DNA of 64,000 nucleotides from Tubiluchus corallicola (Eukaryota; Animalia; Priapulida): NCBI GenBank assembly GCA_030141605.1, contig JAQGDQ010001073.1, positions 967 to 64,966 of the forward strand, read 5' to 3'. Shown piece by piece: positions 44,601 to 57,274 of this stretch (position 1 is its first letter; each line of letters starts with the position of its first letter). The notes under the pieces were generated by a model. It saw only the letters and a program-made list of their open reading frames with translations, ran no database searches and was not told where the DNA came from. The position numbers and the translations under genes were made by a program.

Positions 44601-47600
44601 TACACTACACAATACACTCATACACCACACAATACACTCATACACTACACAATACACTCATACGCTACACAATACACTCATACACCACATAATACACACA
44701 TACACCACACAATACACTCATACACTACACAATACACTCATACACCACACAATACACTCATACACTACACAATACACTCATACACCACACAATACACTCA
44801 TACACTACACAATACACACATACACTACACAATACACTCATACACCACACAATACACTCATACACCACACAATACACTCATACACAACACAATACACTCA
44901 TACACTACACAATACACTCATACACCACACAATACACTCATACACTACACAATACACTCATACACCACACAATACACTCATACACTACATAATACACTCA
45001 TACACTACACAATACACTCATACACTACACAATACACTCATACAATACACAATGCACTCATACACTACAAAATACACTCATACACTACACAATACACTCA
45101 TACACTACACAATACACTCATACAATACACAATGCACTCATACACTACACAATACACTCATACACTACACAATACACTCATACAATACACAATGCACTCA
45201 TACACTACAAAATACACTCATACACTACACAATACACTCATACACTACACAATACACTCATACACTACACAATACACTCATACACTACACAATACACTCG
45301 TACACTACACAATACACTCATACACTACACAATACACTCATACACTACACAATACACTCATACACCCACAATACACTCATACATTCAAATACACACATAC
45401 ACCACACAATACTCTCATACACTACACAATACACTCATACACCTACAATACACTCATACATTCAAATAACACTCGTACACTCCACAATACACTCATACAC
45501 TACACAATACACTCATACACCCACAATGCACTCATACACCCACAATACACTCATACAATACACAATACACTCATACATACATTCAAATAAACACATACAC
45601 TACACAATACACTCATACACCCACAATGCACTCATACACCCACAATGCACTCATACACCCACAATGCACTCATACACTACACAATACACTCATACACCCA
45701 CAATGCACTCATACACCCACAATGCACTCATACACTACACAATACACTTATACACCCACAATGCACTCATACACCCACAATACACTCATACACTACACAA
45801 TACACTCATACACCCACAATGCACTCATACACCCACAATGCACTCATACATTCAAATGGACAGATTTAGTGTGGAGAACTTGAGGAGTAATGAAAACTCA
45901 AAGTTTTTTTTTTAACTTAAACCCCAAAAAGAACTGAAAACTTGAGATTAACAGTTTTTTCAATTTCTATAATTTCACAAATGAAACCTAGGTTGGTTAA
46001 CGCTTGGCTAATAATTCTACTTTTTAGACTAAACTATTGATGTGACTGATATGCGTACTTTGTAGAGTTTTGGTGCACGTTCATCTTCCGCCACATTTAT
46101 GACGTAGACCCTGCTGCTGTTCAAACAAGGCAAGATGAGCTTTGATCTCGTTACATTTGGATCTGGATAACAACTACTGCACGCGTCCCAACCAGAATGA
46201 TGAACTTCGTCTCCAATGTTGGGCATCTTGCAGCGATGGATCACCTTAACAAAAAATACGGTAGCTGCGCTGTGTTTTTGTAGTCTTTCTAAACTCGTTT
46301 TATTTTCTCTCGTAAAGGCCTGAATCATAATAGTAGAGTAGCTGACTGTTCCATAGAAGAAGCAAAAAATGTAAAATTTTTAGGCATTACTGTCGATAAT
46401 AAACTCACTTGGTTGAACAGTTTCATCAAATACACAACAAGATGGCATTAAGCACGGCATTCTTATGCCTACCCAGAGGCCATCTAACCAAGAAAACAAA
46501 AATTCTCGTCTACAAAAGTCTAATATTACCACATTATCTATATGGTTGCACTTTACTTCAAAACGTTAAAAATGAAAACTTTAGAAAACTAAATACAATG
46601 CAAAACTACGCACTTGGATTAATTCATGGCTACTCTAACAAAACTGCTAAACAACATACTGCTTCTGCAACAAGCTTAGAAACGTCCACAAAAATACCAG
46701 TATTAGAAGCCTGTCGAGATTACAAAGCACTGATATTTCTTTATAAATATATCAATAAACTGAGCATTCCGTTTATAAAAAATCCTTTATAATTGATTCC
46801 TGATACCACTTTACACAATAGAACGCACAATTTAAAGTAAATTACAGTAAACAATAAATTTGGAAATAAGTCTATATCAAAACAAGCCATACATTTATGG
46901 AACTTACTACCTAGTGAAATAAAACTAATAGAATCTCTCCACCACTTTAAAAAGAAATTGAAAGAATATCAACATAACAGGTCTCAACTTCCACATTGTG
47001 CATCTGATACAAATTACACAGACTCAACTTTCATCTACCCCCGCCCCTGACTCCATCAAACGATAAGAATGTAAAATTTTTAAAAAAATATATAATGTAA
47101 TACGTGTTATGTTAGCTTTTTATTGTATGTATAAATTTTATTGTCAAATGTATAAATAGTGTAAATGTAATGAGTGAAATTTACTTAATGTAAAGCATGT
47201 TTCTGTTAATTGCGTCATGTCAAATGTATATATAGTGTAAAATATGTCATGTAAAATTTAATGTACTTTGTAATATTTTAATAAAAATATTATATATTAT
47301 TTTATTAAAAATATTTTAATATGGTGTTTGTAAATATATTCATTTATTGTATGTAATTAGGCCTTAGTTTTGCACTTTAGTTTTTTTTAGTTTGCACTGG
47401 ACGCATTTGTGTTGTTATTTTAACATTACGCTGAGGCTTGCTCAATTTTATTATAATGAGTGAACCATTTTAATGACAAATGATGATTTAATAATAGAAA
47501 AAGAAACTTGCAACTTCGATCCATAAGCAAATAAGTGAGTGAGTAAGTGAGTGAGTGAGTGAGTGAGTGAGTGAGTGAGTGAGTGAGTCAACGAGTGAGT

Positions 47601-48218
47601 GAGTGAGTGAGTGAGTGAGTGAGTGAGTGAGTGAATGAGTGAATGAGTGAGTGAGTGAGTGAGTGAGTGAGTGAATGAGAGAATGAGTGAGTGAGTGAGT
47701 GAGTGAATGAGTGAATGAGTGAATGCGTGAGTGAGTGAGTGAGTGAATGAGTGAGTGAGTGAGTGAGTGAATGAGTAAGTGAGTGAGTGAGTGAATGAGT
47801 GAGTGAGTGAGTGAGTGAGTGAGTGAGTGAATGAGTGAATGAGTGAATGAGTGAATGAGTGAATGGTGAGTGAGTGAGTGAGAGTGTGTACTTCTGTTAA
47901 ACTGACGAGGCCTTACCGTAGCTATGTAGCTCATTTAGTACCAGTATGTAATGGCTTCGTAATGGATCGAACCACCAAATGTAGGCAGGGCACGAAAATA
48001 AACGTCATTTCACCCACGTTACAGTATTTTACAATCATTCATGGACACTCTTACCTGTGAATACGTGGGCGAGGAGGGGTCTACATCAACAGATGCCAGG
48101 TAGTCTGACTTGCCTTTGCTGGCATCAGCAATACATGTTGTGTAAAGAAGTTTCTCGCGGAGTCCGTTTTTAATAGCATCTTCAGGATCACGATATCCTG
48201 GACCGTGCTGACAACAAT
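35633..48218 (-). CDS. SELENBP1: Selenium-binding protein 1 / methanethiol oxidase (SBP56 family)
   Basis: Exons 48218-48055 (GPGY...REKLLY...[17 protein letters not shown]), 46244-46059 ([14 protein letters not shown]), 43767-43650 (PHTSHCL), 43121-42942 ([16 protein letters not shown]), 41735-41554 (PLEVRFLH), 40842-40764, 38394-38273 ([25 protein letters not shown]), 37464-37253 ([25 protein letters not shown]), 35798-35633 ([15 protein letters not shown]). Possible start exon ~48922-48883 (phase 1). Confidence 0.95.
36400..36887 (+). mobile_element. Internally deleted RTE-type retroelement with 17-bp TSD
   Basis: TSD actaatttaaaatattc at 36383-36399 and 36888-36904; RTE-like 5' motif ggtcccaagcccggataaa; [26 protein letters not shown]; (GAA)n tail. 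Confidence 0.85.
40905..41252 (+). mobile_element. RTE LINE 3' fragment
   Basis: [11 protein letters not shown]...[22 protein letters not shown]...AADRTQW; short taagg repeat tail. Confidence 0.85.
41975..42745. repeat. Minisatellite, 40-bp unit, ~19 copies with alternating variants
   Basis: gggtcattcaggactgtacg + (atcattaagt|accgtcaagt|acagtcaact) + acaccataca. Confidence 0.95.
44076..45852. repeat. Minisatellite, 20-bp unit (19-bp variants distally), ~1.8 kb
   Basis: tacactacacaatacactca repeated; distal variant tacacccacaatgcactca. Confidence 0.97.
46345..47470 (+). mobile_element. 5'-truncated LINE, same family as 5114-6760
   Basis: KMALSTAFL...[20 protein letters not shown] aligns with KMALSTSYL...[20 protein letters not shown]; shared 3' UTR motif. 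Confidence 0.85.
47534..47882. repeat. (GAGT)n/(GAAT)n microsatellite
   Basis: Direct reading. Confidence 0.95.
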
Positions 48219-49058
48219 CTAGATGAATTAAGCAATGCAGACAGGTACTAGTCATCCAATTACACAAGTACTAGTGTAAAAAATTAACTGCAAGCCTAGT
48301 ATATGCTTCTCTTGTCTATTTAGACCAGTTACGCAGAAAGCAAAAAATTAATTTCGGAAAGGACGGCAAGGTTGAAATTAAATATCTGTATCATTTTGTG
48401 CTAGCTTTAAAAGATATAGTTACTGATTCAATGAAATAATAGCTGTATCCATTATCCATTTAAGCAAATGGGTAAAATGACCAAATGGGGAATCTTCATC
48501 AATAAAGTGCTTCAAAAGAATTATTTTTATCAGTTTGGCTTCAAGATTACAAAAAAAAACAATAAATGATTAGTAACTTCATGACAATTAATAAAAATCG
48601 ATTGTTACTATTAACTGCTTTTACTAATTTACTTAATACATTTTCAATGTTTGAAGAGCTTATTGTTATTATTATCAAAAACATTAGTTTCTACCAGGTT
48701 TTTAAAGCACGCCTGGAGTTGTTGATGTGGCACCATTTCCAATGTTCTGTGTTTTACAGTCAGTTGGTAAATTGAGTGCATCATAAGTGAAGGACATGTA
48801 TTTGCATAGGCACGAAGCGCCAACCGTCTCTTTCTCAAGGTGGAAGAATAACAACGATTCTATTAAAAAATTTTATATTTACCTTGCCCAACGTCTGCAC
48901 GTACACCATCCCAGCACCACATTCTGCACTACCAGGGATCTCTACCGCCAAGTGACAGTCAGCTCACTTCACACTGTATACTGGGACAGTAAACCGACCT
49001 GGACTGGGCGAATCCGCCTGTTTTTTAAATAAATTGAAGTTCTAGGGGTTTGAAAGTG

Positions 49059-49417
49059 TTTGGAGCGGCGCTAGATAACCTTGAAGGAATATTAGCACCC
49101 GAGGTAATTTACCTGTGTGTCTCCAGATGTAAAAAAGTTTACCTTTGGAGCGGCGCTCGATAACCTTGAAGGAATATTAACACCCGAGGTAATTTACCTG
49201 TGTACCTCCAGATGTAATGTCAGGTGTAGTCAGCGGCCAATAAGGAGTAGCTGTCAATTATGAATTCAGGAATGCTTTTCTTTGGAGCGGCGCTAGACAA
49301 CATTGAAGGAACATTAGCACCCGAGGTAATTTACCTGTGCCTCCAGATGTAATGTCAGGTATAGTCAGCGAGCAGTAAGGACTAGCTGTCAATTATTCAT
49401 TCAGGAATGCTTTTCTT
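49059..49417. repeat. Triplicated 75-137-bp element upstream of SELENBP1
   Basis: tttggagcggcgct(a/c)ga...cacccgaggtaatttacctgtg...ctccagatgtaa at ~49059, 49144, 49281. Confidence 0.9.
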
Positions 49418-49709
49418 CGGATTTAAATTTTAAATATAAATTTATATCCAAGAGCCACTTAACAGATCAACATTTGCAGATAAAACTGTCATTACTCCTA
49501 ATATTAATTTGTTTGTTTTACAAAACAATAAAGCAACTTCTAACAGTTTTCCTATTTCTCCTCCGCTATTATTTTCTCGTACTCTCCTGGTTGCATGTCC
49601 TGAATATTTTAGTTAAAACTCTCAAATTTGAGCTATTAATATAGAACCTGAAAGTGGTGTGATGCGCTCATCGTTAAACGTGAACAACTAAGTATCCCAG
49701 TTCCCTTAA

Positions 49710-50107
49710 AGGAAGACCGGACGATTGTTTAGATTCAATCTCATTTTAATTTACTGTACAAAATATACAATTTCTTGCTTATAAAAGTTATCAATTGTTC
49801 CTTATATTTGAATAATTAGCTTAGAAAGTTAATTAACGTCAACCGAACACAGCTATTGCTTACGTCAGAAACTAACAACAGTTTGTGCAATGGGAGGCGT
49901 CAACCCTAACGCATCAAGCACATATGGATAAATGTTACAGTACTGTTTAAATGCATGATGTCACGAAAAATTGGCTCTACATTATATGACGTCAGAAACT
50001 AACACTGCAGATCATGGTCATCGAGTTACGGTTAGGGTTGGGGTTGGGGTTAGGAATACAGATGTATAAAAATAACCTACCTGCATAAATACACACACGC
50101 ACGCACG

Positions 50108-50144
<37 letters not shown>

Positions 50145-50456
50145 ACTTATTAATCGCATGATGTCACGAAAAATGGGCTCTACATCATATGACGTCAGAA
50201 ACTAACACTGCAGTTCATGATCATGGTCATCGCGGTACCGCCTTCTATTTGTCGGCCACGCGAATGTGACAAAAAGGCGCCGTTGCTAATCTTAGTAGAT
50301 TCACTGAGCCGCGCGTAGCTTTGGAAGTTTAACGAAATTTGAGTATCCGAGGTAATTATTATTTAATCTAAGCTTTGATTTAAAATAAACTACTGTAGTT
50401 TTCAACTTTTTAGAACATTCTTTATTCTCGTGTTCACACAATCATCCTGTTTTCCT
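49710..50456. mobile_element. Non-autonomous Kolobok-like DNA transposon
   Basis: TTAA-AGGAAGACCGGACGATTG ... CAATCATCCTGTTTTCCT-TTAA (imperfect TIR, TTAA TSD, purine-purine termini); related ends at ~23712, ~39890 and ~54328. Confidence 0.65.
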
Positions 50457-51170
50457 TTAAAAACTCTGTACAACCTAGTAAAAAAGGATAATGTTTTTAG
50501 TTAAATTCGTGTGGCTTAGCTGATCGATAATTTGGAAGAAACAGTAGTATTTCTCTAAATTATATTACTGTGAAAACCAGTTACTGTAGTGTTTCGTATC
50601 TTACATAATCTTTGCATGTTTTAATGTTGGAGCTGAATGTTTAAGGACTGTCATGTTATGAGCAACTTATGCATAGAAAGGCATTATTCTTATGCAGTAC
50701 TGCAAAACAAACCAGGGCGATTTTTAGAGAAAATTCGTTTATCTTTATCTCGAAAATGTCGAAAAAGGAAAGTTGGACCCAGGGACGCAAAAAAAACAAT
50801 TTATAGCTTAAGCCATGAAACGAATGATCAAAACGTTAAATGGGCAGGACGTCAGAAGTTTTTTTGCCTCTGTGCGCTACAAGTACTTGCTCTGTCACTG
50901 AACTTACAACAAGTACAATAAACTAAAATTTACCCACACTGTAGCAGGATATTGTGCTAGTGGCTTCATACGGTTACTAAGATTCAAATTAGGTCAAAAT
51001 CTCTATTAATTTTTGCTTTAAGAATCACAAAGCCTGTAACAGGTCTGCGACACATTAACAAGTAAATGTCAACAAAAACTCGAATTACAACATACATAAA
51101 TTAAAATTAATTTACAGGTGGATTACGTTCCATTGTAAATGCTCCCATGGGAAGAGCTTCTAAGTATTGC

Positions 51171-52978
51171 CTACTTTTTCTCCTTTAGTTCTTTTTCGTA
51201 TTTTACTTGTTGTCCTCCATTCATTTCGGGATCTGCAGGTTGGCAGTTGCATTTCTTAATTTGCATAAAGAGACGATAATTGTTCTGCCAGTCTTTTAAA
51301 GGGCACACGAGTACCCCTCCTGCAGGGACTGCTGAATAAAACGTGAAATTCGCATTGCATTGGAACACTGTGTACGACTCAGTTAGTGAACTGAGTGCAT
51401 CCTTTTTTGCTTCACTGTAACTCAAATCAACAAATGAGAACTTCATTAAGTTAGGCAATGTGTGATTCCAGAGCCTGCATTCTATTTTACATTTATTCCT
51501 GCACTCTGTATCATTTCCACCTTTCTCCACACAGTTCTTCTCACATGTTGATTGACAATAGCCGTAATCTTTAACTGGAGAATGCCGCCGTCTTCTGGTG
51601 GGTCTTTTCTTCTTTCTGGATTTGCATATTGCTATGCAGTTGGTTTGACATACTTCCGGATCGTGAGTAGCATCACACAGACTTGCACAGTCTCCCAAGC
51701 ATTCTTCAGATGGCGTAGGAGAAACTGTTGTTTCGTTGGTAAGCTCACTGTTGTGGGTCTTGTTGTTAGTATGCTTACTGTTGTTGTTCTTGTTGTTGTA
51801 AGCTCACAGTTGTGGTTCTTGTCGTTGGTAAGCTCGGTAAGGTTGACAGTTTTGCAAACACTTTTTTTCACATTTCTTTTCTTCACTAGCCTTCATATTA
51901 TTAATACATGGACCAGCACAATAGTAGTAACATTTATTTTTCTCTACACAAGTCTTTTTGCAATCTGGCACACATGTATTCTAGTTACTCGTTTCTCCAC
52001 ATCGGTCTGTGCAGATAGAATGACATTTTTCATTTCTGTTCTTCTCACACGGTACTATTTTCGTTCACTAGAAGCTTCACAATTCTGTTTACATTCAGCG
52101 TGCTCGTGTCTTCCTTTCACGGTGTCACAATTGGGTTTGTATTCAAGGATCAGCCTTTTTACACAAACACAATGATGATTCGTACAATCTTCCTTACACT
52201 TTGCATTTGTATCCTTACAGTCATTCTTACACGTTTCATTATTCTTACATTTGTTTATACAGTTTTGCTCTCTTCTCCTACACCTGTCTTCACAGAAGCA
52301 TCGACACCTAATAGCTTTTGGATGCTTGTATCCGGGACAAAACCTTTCACTGCAGTGCCTCTGACAATTCCGCTGGCGCGCCTCGATCTCCTAGTACAAT
52401 TATATCTACACTCCGATGCACACTCTCGATAAATTTCACATTTTTTTTTATCAGTTCCGGGGGTTGGTGTCGTTTTCTTCTCTTTATTTTTTTTGCCCTC
52501 ACATTTTGCAATTCGGGATTTGAGTTTTTCTGATGAACAGGACTAATATTTTCAAATACTTTCAAGCTAACTGATGCAATGTTACATCTCACTCGTGTCT
52601 CGTTATTGTAGAGAACCGCTGCAAGGCAGGTGCTTTTTCCAGTTGGCTTTTCTCTAGGTTCCATTATTTTTATACCACATTCCTTTATTTCGTTCCATGT
52701 TACATATCTTACAGACTCTAAGTTGACTTCAGACTGTTCCATTAAGTAATGTTTATTGCAGTCTTGCTTGCAGATTGTTTCTGAGCCAATAGAACACATT
52801 TCATCCAAATCATCATCTGAGAATATTCCTGTGTTAATTTTAAACTCTCTATGAAAACCGTCAACTGGACGAGCAAAATCGCAAACATCATTTCAAATGC
52901 CCAAGTTTCAATGGAAAACTGGAGAAAGTTTAGCAATATTATTGCATTAATGCATCTAAAGGTTAATAAAAATCTCAT
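51171..52978 (-). pseudogene. Secreted Cys/Thr-rich protein paralog, multiply frameshifted
   Basis: Signal peptide at 52978; frame breaks near 52893, 52445 (A9 vs A7 in paralog), ~52380, ~52060 and further 3'; C-terminus matches the 55063 copy. Confidence 0.75.
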
Positions 52979-53936
52979 TGTTGTAACAGATGATTAAGAA
53001 GTTTCTCTAAATTAACTATAATATTCTCATTTATAAGCACTTTAGACTTTGGAATTACAAATTTAGTTTACTGTTTTCACTAAACAGTAGATTCAGAAAT
53101 GTGGATTGTTTTCTTAATGGAATAAACAATGCTAAACACGATTGTTCTGTCTTCATTGTTTTCAAGAAGTTCCCAGGTTTGCTTGCAATGAATAATCATA
53201 CAGGTGGCCAATTTTGATCGAAATGCATTGGACAATGACGTGTTTGCTATGAATGCTCTGATTATTTTTTCAAATTTCACTCAATGTTATCTAAAGTTGT
53301 TTCAAATGACTTATTGTTCTAACGTTTAGGTTTTTACAGTGTTACTGCCGACGCAATCCCAGTATCCAAAAAGGCAGTGTCCGAGCGGTGTAGATTTTCA
53401 AGACGAATTTTTAAAGTTTTGCTTAAGTGGCAGGATTTCTTGAATTTTAACTTAAAAGCTGCTGGTTGTCATTACGTTACTTACTGTAACGAATAAACAC
53501 CATTAAAGTAGTAGCTGGCAAAAACTATGTATGAAGTGCGTGAATTAATGATTGGCAGTGGATGCGTCTAAGCGCATTTGTAATTTCACGTAATTTTGAA
53601 CATGTGCAAAATCTCTTTTACAGCTAACTATATAAATAAATAATATAGTAAGTATAATGAACATAATAAATAAATAATAATTAAAAACAATATTATCTTG
53701 ACATGCTATATGTCTTGAATACTATTTTTTGTAAATAGTAAAACTAAACAAAATTGAATAATTAAGCAAAATTATAGAGAATGTACTAACAAAAAAACCA
53801 GTTTGTTATATATCATGTAGAATAAAGTAGTTTACAAAATGAGAAATTTAAACCAAAGTTACAGAAAAAGCTGGATAAAATTAATTGAGAAGTTACTTGA
53901 AAAAAAAACAGATTACTGTATGAAAGTGCAAAGGCT

Positions 53937-56900
53937 GGATACAGATGTATAAAAATAACCTACCGGCATAAATTCACACATGCATGCACGCGAGCGCACA
54001 CACACACACGTGCGTACTTATTAAACGCATGATGTCACGAAAAATGGGCTTTACATCATATGACGTCATGAAACTAACAATGCAGTTCATGATCATGGTC
54101 ATCACGGTACTGCCTTCTGTTTGTCTTCCAAACGAATTTGACAAAAAGGCGCCGCTGCCAATCTTAGTAGATTCACTGAGCCGCGCGTAGCTTTGAAAGT
54201 TTAACAAAATTTGAGTATCCGAGGTAATTATTATTTAATCTAAGCTTTGATTTAAAATAAGCTACTGTAGTTTTCAACTTTTTAGAACATTCTTTATTCT
54301 CGTGTTCACACAATCATCCTGTTTTCCTTTAAAAACTCTGTACAACCTAGTAAAAAAGGATCATGTTTTTAGTTAAATTCGTGTGGCTTAGCTGATCGAT
54401 AATTTGGGAGAAGCAGTAGCATTTCTCTAAATTATATTACAATGAAAACCAGTTACTGTAGTGTTTTGTATCTTACATAATCTTTGCATGTTTTAATGTT
54501 GGAGCTGAATGTTTAAGGACTGTCCTGTTATGAGCAACTTATGCATAGAAAGGCATTATTCTTATGCAGTACTGCAAAACAAACCAGGGCGATTTTTAGA
54601 GAAAATTCGTTTATCTTTATCTCGAAAATGTCAAAATGTCGAAATGTCGAAAAAGGAAAGGTGGACCCAGGGACGCAAAAAAAGTATGGCTTCAGCCACG
54701 AAGCAAATGATCAAAACATTTAAAGGGCAGGGCATCAAGTTTATTTGCCTCTGTTTGCTACAACTACTTGCTCAGTCACTGAACTTAGAACAAGTACAAT
54801 AAACAGAGATGTAGAGCAAAATTGACCCACACTCTAGCAGAATATTGTGCTAGTGACTTCGTACGTTTATTGTGATTCAAATTAGGTCAAAATCTATTAA
54901 TTTTTGCTTTTAGAATCATAAAGCTTGTAACAGGTCTGTGCCACATTAACAAGTAAATGTCAACAAAAACTTGGATTACAACAAACATCAATTAAAATTA
55001 ATTTACAGGTGGATTACGTTCCATTGTAAATGCTCCCATGAGAAGAGCTTTAAAATGTTCCCCTACTTTTTCTCCTTTAGTTCTTTTTCGTATTTTACTT
55101 GCTGTCCTCCATTCGTTTTGGGATCTGCAGGTTGGCAGTTGCATTTCTTAACTTGCATGAAGAGTCGATAATTGTTCTGCCAGTCTTTTAAAGGGCACAC
55201 GAGTACCCCTCCTGCAGGGACTGCTGAATAAAATGTGAAATTTGCATTGTAGTGGAACACAGTGTACGACTCAGTTTGTGAACTGAGTGCATCATTTTCT
55301 GCTTTACTGTAACTCAAATCAACAAATGAGAACTTCATTAAGTTAGGCAATGTGTGATTCCAGAGCCTGCATTCTATTTTACATTTATTCTTGCACTCTG
55401 TGTCAATTCCTCCTTTCTCCACACAGTTCTTCTCACATGTTGATTGACAATAGTCGTAATCTTTAACTGGAGAATGCCGCCGTCTTCTGGTGGGTCTTTC
55501 CTTCTTTCTGGATTCGCATATTGCTATGCAGTTGGTTTGACATGCTTCCGGATCGTGAGTAGCATCACACAGACTTGCACACTCTCCCAAGCAATCTTCA
55601 AATGACGTAGGAGAAACTGTTGTTGATGTTCTTGTTGTTGGTAAGCTCACTGTTGTTGCTCTTGTTGTTAGTATGCTCACTGTTGTTGTTCTTGTTGTTG
55701 GTAAGCTCACTGTTGTTCGTCTCTTCTTCCTTCTGGATTCGCATATTGCTATACAGTTGGTTTGACATACATCCGGATCGTAAGTAGCATCACACAGACT
55801 TGCACACTCTCCCAAGCATTCTTCAGATGATGTAGGAGAAACTGTTGATGTTGTTGTTCTTGTCGTTGGTAAGCTCACTGTTGTGGGTCTTGTTGTTAGT
55901 ATGCTCACTGTTGATGTTCTTGTTGTTGGTAAGCTCACTGTTGTTGTTCTTGTGGGCAATTGAGTTGTTCTCTTCAGCTCATAAGGTTGACAGTTTTGTG
56001 AACACTTTATTTCACATTTCTTTTCTTCACTAGCCTTCATATCATTAATACATGGACCAGCACAGTAGCAGTAACATTTATTTTTCTCTACACAAGTCTT
56101 TTTGCAATCTGGCACACATGTATTCTGGTTATTCGTTTCTGCACATCGGTCTGCGCAGATAGAATGACATTTTTCATTTCTGTTCTTCTCACACGGTACT
56201 ATTTTCGTGCATCTACGTTCACTAGAAGCTTCACAATCCTGTTTACATTCACGGTGCTCGCGTCTTCCTTTCACTTTCTCACAAATGGGTCTGTATTCAA
56301 GGATCAGCCTTTTTACACAAACACAATGATGATTTGTACAATCTTCCTTACACTTTTTACTTGTATCCTTACAGTCATTCTTACATGTTTCATTATTCTT
56401 ACATTTGTTTATACAGTTTTGCTCTCTTCTCCTACACCTGTCCTCACATTTGCATCGACAAATGATAGCTTTTGGATGCTTGTATCCGGGACAAAACTTT
56501 TCACTGCAGTGCCTCTGACAATTCCTAACCCGCTTATGCCAGCCACGCTTCGATCTCCTAGTACAATTATATCTACACTCCGATTCACACTTTCGATAAA
56601 TTTCACATTTTTTTATCAGTTCCGGCGGTTGGCGTCGTTTTATTCAGAAATGTTTGAATAGAATAGAACAAATCCCCAAGTTTCAAGTGAAAACAGGAGA
56701 AAGTTTAGCGATATTATTGCATTAATGCATCTACAGGTTAATAAAAACCACATTGTTGTAACAGACGATTCAGAAGTTTTTCTAAATTAGCTATTTTATT
56801 CTCATTTATAAGCACTTTAGACTTTGGAATTACAATTTTAGTTTACTCAATCTTTTTAGATTTTTGTTCTCACTAAACAGTAGAATCAGAAAATGATTGT

Positions 56901-57035
56901 TTTCTTAATGGAATAAACTTGAAAACAATGCTAAATATGTTTGTTCTTTCTTCATTGTTTTCAAGAAGTTCCTAGGTTTGCTACAATGAATAATCATACA
57001 CGTGGCCAATTTTGACTGAAATGCTTTGGACAATG
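53937..57035 (+). repeat. Second unit of a tandem duplication (first unit ~50056-53936)
   Basis: Colinear Kolobok 3' part, flank, Cys-rich gene and upstream region, with moderate divergence and indels. Confidence 0.9.
55063..56753 (-). CDS. Secreted Cys-rich modular protein with Thr-rich linkers; one frame break after the signal peptide
   Basis: ATG 56753 MWFLLTCRCINAIISLNFLLFSLETWG..SE*; the -1 frame is open 56643-55063 (526 aa) with repeated CxxxCxxxC modules, TTVSLPTTRT repeats and RRKKRR/RRRR sites. Gene versus pseudogene unresolved. Confidence 0.6.
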
Positions 57036-57274
57036 AATTTCGAATCATCAAGAAATTGACGATACCCAACAATGTAAATAGTTTTAACTTTCTGAGATTA
57101 CATATCTAGATGGCTAAAAATACTTGCTTACAAAAACAACAATAAATGTGGAAATAAACAAAATGATGGAAAAATTAACAGAAAATCTTGTTAGTTGAAA
57201 AGTGGGGATTAATATCTATAAGAGATCAGTGTTTGAAATAACAGAACATCTATGAAAATCATAAAGCACATTTA

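Noticed and set aside
44031-45915. Long His/Thr/Tyr-rich ORFs (up to 580 aa)
   Set aside because: Stop-poor translation of a 20-bp minisatellite, open in several frames, antisense within an intron.
47895-47945. Second hammerhead (ctgacgaggcc...)
   Set aside because: No GAAA after stem II and no stem I partner; at most a decayed remnant.
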